A DNA stretch of 64,000 bases from Podarcis erhardii (lineage: Eukaryota), in assembly GCA_964252035.1 (NCBI GenBank), contig OZ176211.1; one strand, written 5' to 3'. How positions within the stretch are numbered: position 1 is the first letter of the stretch; every line of letters begins with the position of its first letter. Shown here one piece after another: positions 36,998-50,224 of this stretch. Position numbers and translations under genes: made by a program. The notes under the pieces are model-generated. The model saw nothing but the letters and a program-made list of their open reading frames with translations. It was not told the DNA's origin and made no database searches.

Positions 36998-37630
36998 GTC
37001 ATCTTAGGATTTGTAGCATCAAGAACATCTGTAAGATTCTCTTGATGGATCAGCCATTGATTACGCTCTAAGTAGACCTTCCTGTGGCATTTGGACTTCA
37101 AGGATCCAGCCCAAACTTAACTCCCATGGTACTGTGCCTAGCGCTGTAAGTGAAACATTAAATTTTAATGTCATAAGCAACAAAAATACTTAAGAACATT
37201 TTTATTTGTATAAAGATCTTAGGATATTTACCAACCTATTTTAGGAGGATAATGAGAATGGCTGCGAGTTTTTTTAAGATTCAAAGCATGTGACTTAAAT
37301 TTGTGCTGTGACTTTTAGATTGTAAGCCTACAGGAAGGGACTGTCATTATTGATCATTATAAGATTCTCTTTTTCTGCATAAGAGTTTCATTTCAGAATG
37401 CTTTATATAAATTATCTCTCAACAATCAGCATGGCAGATATTTCAGTTATACACTAAACTTCCAGATTCTCTGATACATCTTCCCCTTGCATGGGAAATT
37501 CTACTTCCATTGACCTTTTTTCTCCACATTGTCTGCAAATGCCTTTGGGCTGGAGACTCCTAGACCTTCTTCAGATGCTGTGAAAAGCTGTTCCTGGATG
37601 GCTGCTGGTGTCATGAGAGTTGCTCTAAGC

Positions 37631-37765
37631 CAACCTTTCTCAACCTTGGGACTACAACCTTGTTGTTGGACTACAACTCCCACTAGCCCTGACCACTGAT
37701 CATGCTAGCTAGGGATGATGGGAGTTGTGGTCCAACATCTGGAGAGCCAAGGTTGAGAAAGCCTG
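37631..37765. mobile_element. 135-bp hAT (Charlie-like) MITE
   Basis: TIRs CAACCTTTCTCAACCTTGG / CCAAGGTTGAGAAAGCCTG; 8-bp TSD CTCTAAGC at 37623-37630 and 37766-37773. Confidence 0.85.
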
Positions 37766-39013
37766 CTCTAAGCATACACCTTAAATAAAATAATACCTGC
37801 TTTCACATTCTGCACTCTGCATACAATATGGTCCACTGGCTTATCTAAAATTGTGTCTTCTTTAACTAGCAGGCTATGAAGCTCCCCAGTTACTAGCTTT
37901 TCACACAATAGTCTTTTATGAGGTGGCCCCCTCTCTACAAAGCTAGCTTTATATTTGGTCAAGCAGGTTCTGCTTCACTTAAATCACCACATGGACATTC
38001 AGAGAAGCAGGGGAAGCTCTTATTAATTTGCTTTCTCAAATTAAATTAATATGCAGAGATTTCCTGACTTGTCTCCCCCTAGCATGCCATTCCTTCCTGC
38101 ATTTTGAAAGACCTAAGTCTATCTCATGCCTTTTAAGTGATTACAGAATTGCTTTCACGAGTCACAGTTTGCACTGGTAAGTTGCAGATAAAATGCCTTA
38201 TTATCACACTGTAGAAAAACTGTGGGGTGTGTGTTCTGATCAGTCCACTCTTTCACTAAGACAAGAAGCTCAAATTCATCCAGGTACTCATTCATTTCAG
38301 GTCCAGCTGAATAACCATCAAGTTTCTTTGCTGTCAGTAACGATTTTTTTCCATTTTCAAGTTGTGATTACCAGTTGTAAAACTTGCTTAGAATAACAGA
38401 CATAGAGGTCTTAAAATTAAACTGACAGAACTGCAAGATGAAAAATAGAAACTCAGCTAAGCCCTAAGAACATAGAACAGCACCACCTAGTGGTCGGAGG
38501 TGCTGCTTATAGAATCATGACCATTTCTCCTCTCCATGTCTACACATACAGAGATTAGGTACAGTTCTTGGGCTCATTCATTTCCTCCCTAACTTCCCTC
38601 AACGCACAAAGACACCTGGGACAGGGAAATCACAGAGTTATCTGAAGATTCCATTCGTAGTTATACCTCTTATAAGGTACTCTCATTGACAGCCATCATT
38701 AAAACCTAGTTAATAGAGCTAACATACTTCCTATTTTTTCACCAGTGGATCTATTTGTGTCAGTGTAAGGTCCCACAGGTATTGTGCATAGCTGAATATT
38801 CACTTCAACCCATTTGCAACAACTGTTATTAATACAGTTAAAACAACCAGGAGAAATCTCAGTACTGAAAAATCCAAATTGACTGCTACCCCTCCCCCCG
38901 CACATGAATTTTGTGTCTGTTTATGGATTAAGCCTAATCATCATTCAATTATCTCAATGAGATAATTATATAATACTATCATTCATCAACACATCCAGTA
39001 TTCTGAACCAATA

Positions 39014-39346
39014 TGAGGCTTTATACTGAGTGATATCATTGATCTATCTAGCTCAGTACAGTGGTACCTCGGGTTAAGTACTTAATTCGTTCCGGAGGTC
39101 TGTTCTTAACCTGAAACTGTTCTTAACCTGAAGCACCACTTTAGCTAATGGGGCCTCCTGCTGCCACTGCGCTGCCGGAGCACAATTTCTGTTCTTATCC
39201 TGAAGCAAAGTTCTTAACCTGAAGCACTATTTCTGGGTTAGCGGAGTCTGTAACCTGAAGCGTATGTAACCCGAGGTACCACTGTACTGCCTGCAGCGAC
39301 TGGGAGCAGTTCTCCAAGGTTTCAGACAGGCTACAATCCCAGTCCC
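39014..39346 (-). mobile_element. Squam3-like SINE interrupted by a T1 MITE
   Basis: With the MITE removed, the minus strand reads CCTGTCTGAAACCTTGGAGAAC...CAGTACTGAGCTAGATAGA...CTCAGTATAAAGC, the same core as the copy at 28245. Confidence 0.55.
39059..39284 (+). mobile_element. Tc1/mariner MITE, family T1
   Basis: Intact TIRs, TA flanks. Confidence 0.9.
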
Positions 39347-39993
39347 AACTCAGATATTTTTTGGTACTATGGGAAGAGACGCAATAAAAAGCATATTGCA
39401 CCTCTGGGGGGAAATGAGGAAATGCAGTAGAATGAAATAAAGTAAAATAAATCCAGACCTTTTTTTCCCCGTACTCAGTTTATATGTACAAAACTGCTGG
39501 CATACATTTCACCTCTTTTGACCTACCCACCCATCTCTAATCCAGTCATCCAGCAGTCTGAGCCTGGCTTCTACTCAATTTAATGCACAACAGAACTTAA
39601 GGGAAAGTACAGGGAGGAAAAGGCACACTTCCTCTTCAGGAAGAGCCATTCAAAAACCAGCTGAGGCCAACAATTCTTAATAATCAGAGGTTCCGATGAA
39701 AGCAGAGGCACAGTTCAGGCTATGCTTCACTTTACTGGAAAATTTAGACGGGTATATATATTTCATGCCCTTTTTTTTTTTTTAAAAAAAAAGATGATTT
39801 CTTTAAAATATGCTTCCATAACACCACTGTAATATTATTTTCGCTGCCACTTTGTTGGCCTTACTTGTTGCCAGATACCTCTCACATTAAAGCAGACTCC
39901 AAGAAGCAAATCCCTTGGGTGCAAGGGCTAAACGGTTTCTCAAGAGACACATGCATGCTAGCTGGAACACCTGGCAAATATACAAATTATGTA

Positions 39994-40235
39994 CAGTGGT
40001 ACCTTGGGTTACATACGCTTCAGGTTACATATGCTTCAGGTTACAGACTCCACAAACCCAGAAATAGTACCTGGGGTTAAGAACTTTGCTTCAGGATGGG
40101 AACAGAAATCGTGCTCTGACAGCACGGAAGCAGCAGGAGGCCCCATTAGCTAAAGTGGTGCTTCAGGTTAAGAACAGTTTCAGGTTAAGAACAGACCTCC
40201 GGAACGAATTAAGTACTTAACCCGAGGTACCACTG
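39994..40235 (-). mobile_element. Tc1/mariner MITE, family T1, inverted relative to the copy at 39059
   Basis: Intact TIRs, TA flanks; internal sequence is the reverse complement of 39059-39284. Confidence 0.9.
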
Positions 40236-41212
40236 TAATTCTTCATCACATTTTGCATTTATTTATTTTTTAAAAGATGCAAACATTTAACAAGACCTTG
40301 GGAGCTAGAGCACAAGGAGAAAGGAGAGTGATGAAAGGGGAAGAACATTAGGGTCATGTAGGGAAGTGAGTCTAGCTGCCATTCACCTTTTCTAGCACAG
40401 GCTGTCTGTCTACATTGGAGCAGGAGCAGAATCTACATAATTGCTGGGTCACAATGTGCCCTTTTTTCCTCTCTGCAATAGTACAAATAGCTTGGTTCAT
40501 CACAGAGGAGGCAATGCAAGAAGCTCTGCAATTTTAAGGATGCTGTATAGTGAGAAGTGCAATTAAGGATGCATGGTGAGAAATACCACGCAAATAAAAC
40601 CAAATATTATGCCATTCATCCTTACAGACCTCTTGGAATACCTTAAAAAAGTAGGCCCAAAACTTTATGTGCAATTTACATACAGGATCATAGTCTTGTG
40701 TGTTTTGTTGATAAATGCACATACATACCTACATAACTAGAAAGAGGGTGACAGACTGAGGAAAAAACATCCGAAGGGGCTGTGTGAGCTCTCACAAGAG
40801 CACCCACAGCCATTGCACGACTTTCCTCAAACTTGGAAAGCAAGGTGGAAGGCTCAAAAACCTTTTTCCCCACTGGGTTCTCTTTCATGGAAAGAATTTT
40901 TAAGCCCTTTGCCTTGCTTACCGGGCTCTGGAAGGCCCTGCGAGGCTCATGTAATCTTGCCTGCTCTGTGCACTAGCATTGGACAGGGCGGGATGGTTGC
41001 ACTGGGGTGGGGTTCCAGAGGTCTTCCTGACTTTGCGCGAATTGTCTTTTGCATGAGGACCCCTGGAACATAACCCTTGTGCAAGTTTTGGGTCTAACTA
41101 TATGCCAAAATTTGCAAGATATAAAAAAGAAAATACATTCATCCATTTACATTTTCAGAGCTGAATTCTTCTTCTTCTACATGCATGATACTGCATTAAA
41201 GATATATTAATA

Positions 41213-41468
41213 CAGTTGTACCTTGGTTCTCAAACGGAATCCGTTCCGGAAGTCCATTCGACTTCTGAAAACATTCAAAAACCAAGGTGCGGCTTCTGGT
41301 TGGCTGCAGGGGCTTCCTGCACTCAAGCAGAAGCAGCGGAAGCAGCGGAAGCCGCATTGGACATTCGGCTTCCAAAAAACGTTCACAAACCGGAACACTT
41401 CTAGGTTTTCAGCATTCAGGATCCAAAACGTTCGAGTCGCAAGATGTTCGAGAACCAAGGTACGACTG
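41213..41468. mobile_element. Tc1/mariner MITE, family T2
   Basis: CAGTTGTACCTTGGTTCTC / GAGAACCAAGGTACGACTG TIRs, TA flanks. Confidence 0.85.
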
Positions 41469-43433
41469 TATCTCACAAATTTGACGTCAGAAACAGTTAT
41501 TAAGAAACAGCGATGGAACATTTCGATGTTCCAGGTAATTTTGTAAACTCTGAGCTAAGGGTTGTCATCCTGGAGGAAAGGAACATCAAAGTGAGACTGC
41601 AACATGAAACACTGAATTAGGATACATCAAGAGATTCAATGCTGCCGCTTCTGGATTGAACCAATTTTTTTTTAGCACGTTGTATGTGTTGAATAGGCAA
41701 ACCAATGTTGGGATATATGTTCTACCAACGACTGTTTAGTGCACTACCATTGTTAAACCAGGTATTTCACACTGTCCATACTTTTCTATATTTCATTCTC
41801 CCATCCCAAGCACTGTGTGTGTGTGTGTGTGTGTGTACCTACCACATGTATCTGTAACACAGTACAGCGCTTATGCATTAAGCAAAGTAGTCTGTAGTAT
41901 ACAGAAGTTTATGCTTTTTGTTAGGGTTGTAGTCAACAAAGTCCTACTCAGAGCAGATCCACTGAAATTAATGAATTAAAATCAGTTATGCCCATTAACT
42001 TTGCTGGGTCTCCTCTGAGTAGGACTAGCATTGAATAGCACCATTTAGTCTTTAAGGTGCTGTAAAACTCCGTTTTAATTAATAAAAAATGGCTGCAGTC
42101 AATACCCTGCATTTTGCCAAACATTCTTTTATTGTGTGCCAAGGAAGATCAAATTCTAGTCAGTCTTAATCATGCAAATTGCTGGATTGCATCCATCCAT
42201 ACGCTTATATATATATTTTTCTGCTTCCAAAACTTTTTGATGTGTTTCCACTGGTCTTGCCTGCTTAATATGTTGTTTTAAGGTTCCCCTTATGCATTAG
42301 TAGCTAATATTTACCATGCCATAACAAGCTATAGCTTGCAGTAGTTCTTTCCAGCATGCTAACCATTACCACCTGGGGGTGCATTTAGATAACATATTCA
42401 CCACATGAACAGGAACGATAAAATCATTATATGGAGACATCAGTGCATCAAGTTTTTTTTTTAAGTCTGTAGGTTGTGTACAAAGCAACAGAGATCAAAG
42501 GTCTTAATGACTGGAATATAGCTGTCGTTATCAAGATGTAATCTATTATTGCCATAGGAAAGACAAGACTATAGGAAAGGGGGAATGTTGCAAGAGCCAA
42601 TCTCCTAATAACGAGAAACAATGGCCTTGCCCTTGTTTTCTGAACCTTCACCACATCACAGGGTGGTTTACAATAGACAGACACCATGCTTACAGGAAGG
42701 TCCAGCTGAGGACATTGTGGGGTTTTCAGAATGTGCAGACACCCAGAATGCAGGGCAGCCCAACGTTTTATACCAAGTAGGCAGCAAGACATGGAACCTG
42801 TGAGCCACACTCTGCATTATCGCAAGGGGGTGAGGAGGCCTAAACTTGACTCCCCCTGGCTAGCCCTCATGCTCCCTTCCTAAAGGCAGCTAGGCAAGGT
42901 GCCTGGTTTTGGAAAGCAGGTGCAAGGGCTCTGGCAGGGATCCAGAGCCCCCCAACTCCTTCTCAAAGCTGGGAAAGCATTAACTAGACTTTGGGAATGA
43001 GAAGGGAGGATTCTAAGAACCCTCTTAGAGCCCTCATGCCTCCCTTCCCAAAGCCCGGGGGGGTGGACATCAAATGTTACCAAGGGCCACCAAAAAAGCT
43101 TTGGCCCTCAGGCTGTGCATTGGATCACCCTAATTTAGATGAAGGAAAGAAGACACACAAATGCCCCTCACACACCCTGAAAGTGTGCTAAAACCATGCA
43201 ACCCCAACCATCAGAATTTATCTGAAATTTTCTCTCTTCTCTGATAATTTTCAAGTGCAATTTACGGTACTGTTGAACAAATTTCAGTGGTGCTCTCAAA
43301 TAAGGTTTGATTTCCTTTATTTGTTTGCGGAAAACAAAAACAAAAAGCCCACCCCATTTTGGCATGTTATTTTGCTAGCTTGCCACAAGGATTTTGCAAT
43401 ATCAGTTTGTGTTTAATGAAAATATTGGTGATC

Positions 43434-43435
<2 letters not shown>

Positions 43436-43466
<31 letters not shown>
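43436..43466. repeat. (CA)n microsatellite
   Basis: Direct reading. Confidence 0.9.
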
Positions 43467-43469
<3 letters not shown>

Positions 43470-44790
43470 TACAACCTTTTTGTTTTTGTTTCTGGGCGGT
43501 TCTAAACTAGCATGCAGCTAGGAAAAATATTTTCTACTCTACAAACAAAATATCATAGAGAGAACAAAACAAGTTATCCAATAAGGAACGTGGGGCTTTT
43601 ATTTAATGTCTACCATCTGTATAACTACTTTAGGATAGAATTTGTTTCTACTCATTTCTCCACCTAGGTCTCGGGGAAAGGGAGGGATGGCTTTGAGGAC
43701 TGTTCTAATTAGTGAATTCTGTATATTAATTTGTATTTAATGTAACAGGCAAAATTTAAAACAAGAGCACATTAGGTTGTCTTTTAAAGTTGCAGACTGC
43801 TGTGAGACTGCATGGATTGAAATATATACTTGCTTAAAAATAGATGAATAACCAACCAAACAAAAAATTTCCCCAAGTAGCCTCTAAACTATGTTCATTT
43901 TTAAAAAGAAGAAGAAAGTAAGTACAAAACTGCCCTTCAGGACAACGCAGAAGCTGCAGCTGGTTCAGAATACCATGGCTTGTTCCCATAATAAATCTTG
44001 AGAGGCAATATTTGCATCAACCTGGTTTTGCCGCAATTGCACAGGCTGCCTTGTCAGCTTCTGCGCCCAATTCAAGGTGTTGGTGCATATTTGAAAGGCC
44101 CTTCATGGCTGGCCATCAACATACCTGCCAGATTGCCTCTCCCTGTACAAAGCCAACTGTGATACCGCAACCAGGCCATCCTACATATACCTGTGCTATA
44201 GGAAATAAAATTTACTAGGCACAAGGCCTTTTCCACAGTTGCCCCTGAAGCCCTAGACTTACCTCCTCCCAGGGAGATCAAGCCCATTCTCCCCACACAG
44301 TATTGCGGAAGGGCTGTAAATCCCACTGGATGACTCTTGGCAGCTGATTTAAAGGCTAATTTAATTTGCTTGATTTATTTATTTTTGGCCGGATTCTATC
44401 GCTTACAGTCTTGGTTTATGTTTGGTCACCGTGTTAAATTTCTACGTAAACCGGGTCGAATGAAAAAGCAATATAATCATTTAAAATATTTATAAAGTAA
44501 AAACGGATCAATTTGAATGCATTTAATGCGTTTCTTAATATCTCAGATTCTACTGAAAGAATGTTATTTGAACAACAACATTTCATCAGAACTGTTGGTT
44601 TCCACAAATATCTCCTCAGGAGAGTGCAAACTTTTCCTAAAGGGAACTTATTTCTGACTTGACATGCATAGACTTGCACTCAAATTAAGTTCCATTGATT
44701 CCATTGGGAGCTAGTCATGACTCACTTTGCAGAACTGTAAACAGTGAGCTTACTCTTCTGAAAAACCAAAAAACTGAAAAAATGTCCTAC

Positions 44791-44910
44791 CTGATCTGTC
44801 TTCTCTTGCTCTTTTTTATCTGTCTGTAGAAGGTTTTCTCTTGCCAGTTTCTGGACAAGTTCAAGGCGCCCAATATCTTCTCGTTCATGAAGCTTGCACA
44901 TAACTCCTGC
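44791..44910 (-). CDS. RAPGEF5: RAPGEF5 long-isoform exon (AGVMCKLHEREDIGRLELVQKLARENLLQTDKKEQEKTDQ)
   Basis: Acceptor ctcaag|GCA, donor CAG|gtagga; 120 nt, phase 0-0; peptide matches recalled RAPGEF5 (AGVMCKL.ER..IGR.ELVQKLA.EN). Confidence 0.9.
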
Positions 44911-46600
44911 CTTGAGAGTTGGAGGGAAAGCAAAGAGATACTTAAATCCACAATCCCAGGACATGACACTCCAGACTTCTAACTTTAAAAGAAGAACATA
45001 TTCCACATCAAGCTTCCTCTCAACTCTGCAGCTTTGAGCAGAGCAAAATTATAATGTTCTCCCTGGGGTGAAAAGGCTCCCGAACGTCTTTTTCCTTCTT
45101 TTTGTGCTATATAGTGTCTGCTTAGCAAAATGAAGACAGCATGAACTAAATCAGCTGCTATTATGTGTGCAGCTGATATGTTAACAGTGCGTTTGTTCCC
45201 GTCAACCTATTTCCTGTTACATAAGAGAACCGAAGAAAGAGGTTAGAAATCCATGGGAAAGTTAGCCAAGAACAGCCCTGGAAAAGGATGGAGAGCAGGA
45301 GAGTCATCCCTAAAAATAACAGCACAATCTTCTATTTCTCACACTCCACCCTTCTCTTTATGGCTAAAATACAACCACTGAAATAAGTCAAGAGCAAATG
45401 ATAGCAGAGAAAATAAATAAATTCTTGTGTGCTTCAGACACACAGAACTGGAAAAAGGTATAAAAGTGAGTGCTTTGCTTCGTGATCATAATACTACCAT
45501 GGGAACCAACATAGCAATTTGATTTTATTTATTTTTTGTATTTAGTGGTGTATGTGCATCTATTCTATGCCTACTCATGTTACTGCAAATGGAAACAGAA
45601 GTCTGGAATATACAAACTAATTCTCATGTTCACCCCAACAAGTTAGAGACAACCCCTCAATTATCAGCATATTATCCTCATAGTATTTATCTGTATGATC
45701 TGGGGTTCAACAAGCCAAAACCCAGTCAAGAAAAGAGAGTGCCAGCAAACCTCAATAAATCACAAGTTATACACCCTCTTTTCATATTTACAATTATGGG
45801 GAAGTGAAATCATGCTTGTTGGCCCTATCCTCTGTGTACTGGCTCAAAGGTAAGACTAGACCCTATGCACACACAACAATGTAAGCACAGGATCTATACC
45901 TATGGTTGGGAAAACCTGATTATCTCTGCAATTGCATGCACATAAAGCCTTTTCTCACATTCCATACCAACGCATGGAGTCTGGCATTATAGCATTCTAT
46001 TCCCATGCATTTTGCCTTACGCATACATGTGAGGTATGCGTAGCAAGATACTCATCAAATTAACCGGATGGAAAAATATTCCCACTCTAAGCTTTAATGT
46101 ATGTTATCCCCATCAATGTGTGGGTGATCGTATGTGATTCCTATGTGGGTTGAATGGATCAGGCTCCTAAAGCACACAACTTGTGTGGAAACACTCCAAA
46201 ACAGCACAAGAAGTTTCTGTGTTTTTACACAAAAGAAAAATTACAAGCTATTTTTTTGGCTTTGGCAACAGTCATTGACCAGAGTGTTGACACAGCCCTT
46301 TTGGTTGCAAAGCAAGTCCTGGAAAAGATGTCCCTAGAGGAAAGCCGTAACATTGATAAATGAATAAGCTAGAAGTGGCAAGAAGGTGAAATATTGGATC
46401 TCCAGAGAAATAGAGGGCAAATCGCTTTCACCACGTTCAACTCAAAGAAGTTCCAAGCAAAATTTACCCTCAGAGATAGTCTAGCTTTACATAAGGACCA
46501 CAGAAACTCCTGCTGGTTGCAAACAAAACTGTAAAAGCAGTTCTCTTTGCTTCCACTAAACCTGTAAAGTTTTGTGTGCCCTCAATTAAACCATATAAAG

Positions 46601-46878
46601 CTGGTGTAGGAAACCTGTTCCTTCCAGATGTTGCAGGATTAAAACATCCATCAACGCCAGCCAATATGGCCAATGGTCAGGGATGATGGGAGCTGAAGTC
46701 CAGCAATATCTGGAAAGCTATAAGTACTATATTTTCCCATCTATAAGACGCCCCCTATTTCTGGGGACACAGATTTAAGAAAATGGAGGGATGTATAAGA
46801 CGCCCCCTAATTTTTGACATTGTTTTTTAGGGGGGGAAACTAGTCTTATACACGGAAAAATACCGTACTTCATCCCTG
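46601..46878. mobile_element. Old hAT MITE interrupted by a Tc2-like MITE (46727-46865)
   Basis: hAT core GGTCAGGGATGATGGGAG and residual right end CATCCCTG; the inner element has degenerate CCGTATTTTCC-type TIRs and TA flanks. Confidence 0.6.
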
Positions 46879-48000
46879 ATACTGATATTTTAGGTAGTGT
46901 GAATATAATCAGTTGGTGAGCCAGTCATTGTCCTGCCAAGTGTTTTGACACTTTGCCACCTGATCAGAAATCTAGGGAAGCAGGAGACTGGCAAAATTCT
47001 GTTCCATACTTGAGCAAGACGATGCTGCTGACCGGATTCTCACTGAATGATAATAGGTACATAATCAACCGCCAGCCATTACAATTTATGTACAAGATAC
47101 AAATAAAAACACAACTGAACAGATAAAATTGAATTTAAAAAAATATATATACAAATTAAAATCACTATAAATTGTGCAGACTCTGATTGTCTCAATCTGC
47201 AAGGAGAAAAGTTGCATAAACATCAGCTAAGCATCCTAGATCAGAAACTAATATTGGAGTAGTTAGTTCTTTGTGCAGATATCTGTAAAAAAAAGTATCA
47301 AACAGACAGTGTCTCAAGAGATCTCTTGCTTTGCTGAGACCTACAGTTAGTACGTTTTGTGGTGAAATGTCACAGAAACATAACCTTAAGTGAATGGCTG
47401 TCATCCAACTGCTCTCATGTGAATTAAGCACAACTAAGGGAAGCAAGCCAGAGAGGTTGAATGTCCTAAGCCATGACTGTATGAAAATAAGAAAACAAGC
47501 TTCTGATTGCAAAGAGTAATTTGAGTCACATTCAGGTACAGATAAGTCTGGTCTAAGGATTTGGGCAATGGTTGCAAATAGACATCAATCCAAATTTGAC
47601 TCCAGTAAAATAATTAAGCTCAGGGTTTAGTCTTAAGAACTTCAAGCCTGCAAGTATAAAATTATGGCCTTTTCCCACAGATAAAAATGCACTACAATTT
47701 TGATGCTCTACACAGTAGACACATATTCCAGATGATTCAAAACTTATGACCTAAACTGTGTACACACTAAACACCTTTAAAACACATCTGAAGCACATTC
47801 TTTCCTTGAAAGCATTCTGGCTGTTGTAGTTTACCAATCACAGAGCCCTTAACAAGCTTCAGCGCCCAGAATTATTTGAGGGGAAACATGTGCTTAATAT
47901 GTTTTAAAGGTATAGATTATACACAGCTCCCAGATTTGAAGACTTTAACTGGTTCAGTTAGCTCTCTGCCCAAAAACTCTTTTGGGTGTTTAGATAACAC

Positions 48001-48670
48001 CAGTATCTAGTGCAACCCCCTGCAATGCAGGAATCTCAGCTAAAGCATCCATGACAGATGGCCATCCAACCTCTGCTTCAAAACTTCCCAAGGAAGGAGA
48101 GTCCACCAACACACATGGGAGTCTGTTCCACTGCCCAACAGCTCTTACGATCAGAAAGTTTTTTGAATGTTTAGTCGGAATCTCCTTTCTTGTAACTTGA
48201 AGCCATTGTCTCCAGTCCTACCCCCAGAGCAGGAGAAAACAAGTACAGTGGTGCCTCGCAAGACGAAATTAATCCGTTCCGTGAGGCTCTTCGTATAGCG
48301 GTTTTTTCGTCTTGCGAAGCAAGCCCCTTGACAGCTTAGTAGATTAGCGCTATTAGCGGTTTAGCGGCTTTTAGCGGATCAGCTGATAAGCGGCTTCTCA
48401 GCGGATCAGCTGATAAGCGGCTTAGCGGCTTAGGAAAAGGGGGGGGAAAGGGGGGGAACCCGCAGGAACTCGCAAGACATTTCGTCTTGCGAAGCAAGCC
48501 CATAGGGAAATTCGTTTTGCGAAGCGCCTCCAAAACAGAAAACCCTTTCGTCTAGCGGGTTTTCCGTCTTGCGAGGCGTTCGTCTTGCGGGGCACCACTG
48601 TACGCTCCCTCTACCATGTGGCAGACCTTAAGATATTTGAAGATGGCTATCATATCTGCTTTCAGTCTCT
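48001..48670 (-). mobile_element. CR1 LINE 3' fragment interrupted by a Tc1/mariner MITE
   Basis: Minus-strand CR1 tail peptide (DMIAIFKYLK.CH.VEG) and CR1-type 3' UTR; continuous once 48246-48602 is removed. Confidence 0.75.
48246..48600. mobile_element. Tc1/mariner (pogo/Tigger-like) MITE, family T3, 355 bp
   Basis: TIRs CAGTGGTGCCTCGCAAGACG / CGTCTTGCGGGGCACCACTG, TA flanks; repeated CGTCTTGCGA subterminal motif. Confidence 0.87.
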
Positions 48671-50015
48671 GCTTGTGTAATGGGATTCCTGTTCTTGTGC
48701 AGCCCCCCTGCACCCTCAAAATATGCTTGGGGGTTGGGGAACCCTCTGGAGCAGATTTGAGGGGCACATGAGAGCTGCCAGGGGAGAAGAGGAAGGCGAA
48801 GTCCCACTGCACAAGTCAAAGTCCACCCGCACAACAATGAATTCCCCCCATAGGATATAGTCCTGCCAATACCCTTTTTTGCCCCGTTTCAATACTCCAA
48901 ACAATTTCCACGAAGTCAAAATAAGACAGTAACTAATATACCCTTTGAAAATTTCACAAATTTTGTCAAGTAGCTTCCACACAAATTGAATGACTGAATT
49001 CACTGAAATTAAATTACTGTTGTTTTCTATAATCCACCCATATAATCTTATTAGCATGCTGCTTATTAGAGCAGATGAACACTTAATGAATTCTTTTGTT
49101 TTTAAATATTGAGCAACAAAACCTTGAAATGAGCATTCAGATAAACTAATTATTATACCATGCAGAACCAGACTGATGAGGAAATTTATAGACATGAGAA
49201 GCAGCTAAATGAAGGATCATTTCAGCTGCACTGGGATAAATTATTTAATTATAATGGATTCTGTTTACTTCTGAATGAAATAAGCCATTCACCTCTATCA
49301 ATACCTGCAGAGTTTTCTAGTGTATTGGAGCAACTAGAACCAGTGCAGGAAATACTTATGTATGTCATCATCTGTGGGGGAAATAGCAGGTTGTGGGAAG
49401 CTTTGCATTGGCATAAATGGCACGGTGGAAGGTTGAATGCCCCTTCATCAGTGCCACAAACCTGATTTAGGATAGGCACTGCAACTACTTTTAAAGTTTT
49501 AAAGAACATTCATTACAGATACCCGGTGTCATGTCTAGTGTGACCTTATAAAAGTGACTGAAACAGATTCCACACATGAAATTCTGTAAATGACAAATCT
49601 GATTTTAGGATTTTCAGTAGGGACAATCAGCTCCATGAAGGAAAGAGTTAAGTAGCTCAAACTGTGTGCGCCAGCATTCTTAGGCACCTGCCAATTTGCA
49701 AATCTATGGCAATGTTGCGTCCAAACGCAGCCATGTCTACAAGAGACTATTTTTTAAAAAATCAGGATGATGAAGTCTAATGGCATAACACATATGTAAG
49801 AAATATCAAGAAGGGGCTATCCAGTCACATAGATCGCCAAGATATTAGAACTTTAATTGCAGGAAACTGCAAGATCAACACACTTTCAATATCACGCTGA
49901 ACTGCATAGGAGTCATCTTTCTCTTCAGGACAGGGTTCAAGTGTTACCCTAGCAAGTGATATTACTTCAAACAGAAGTCCAGGCTCCTGAATGCTTATTA
50001 GAAATATTTTTCTAC

Positions 50016-50092
50016 CTGTGCATCATAGACATCCTTCAGATCGTCTTGAGCTGCTTCTTCTTCAGTGCTGTTTTCACCACTTTGACTCATTG
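50016..50092 (-). CDS. RAPGEF5: RAPGEF5 long-isoform linker exon ((x)MSQSGENSTEEEAAQDDLKDVYDAQ)
   Basis: Strong acceptor ttcctctcattttag|CA and donor CAG|gtagaa; 77 nt, phase 1-0, in frame with the 44910 exon. Length and the V.D.Q end match the recalled mammalian segment preceding AGVMCK, but the peptide is otherwise divergent. Confidence 0.72.
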
Positions 50093-50224
50093 CTAAAATG
50101 AGAGGAAACGAAAGACATTTATAATACAGGCTTATTGACTTCATTCCCCACCCTTCACCAGAAGGTCCCTGAGCAGAAGGTACAGCGATACAAAACACAA
50201 TATTAAAAAGAATTACAATCACAA

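Noticed and set aside
42045-42075. Short AGTCTTTAAGGTGCT match to the Penelope-like element
   Set aside because: Only about 15 nt and lacks any hammerhead core.
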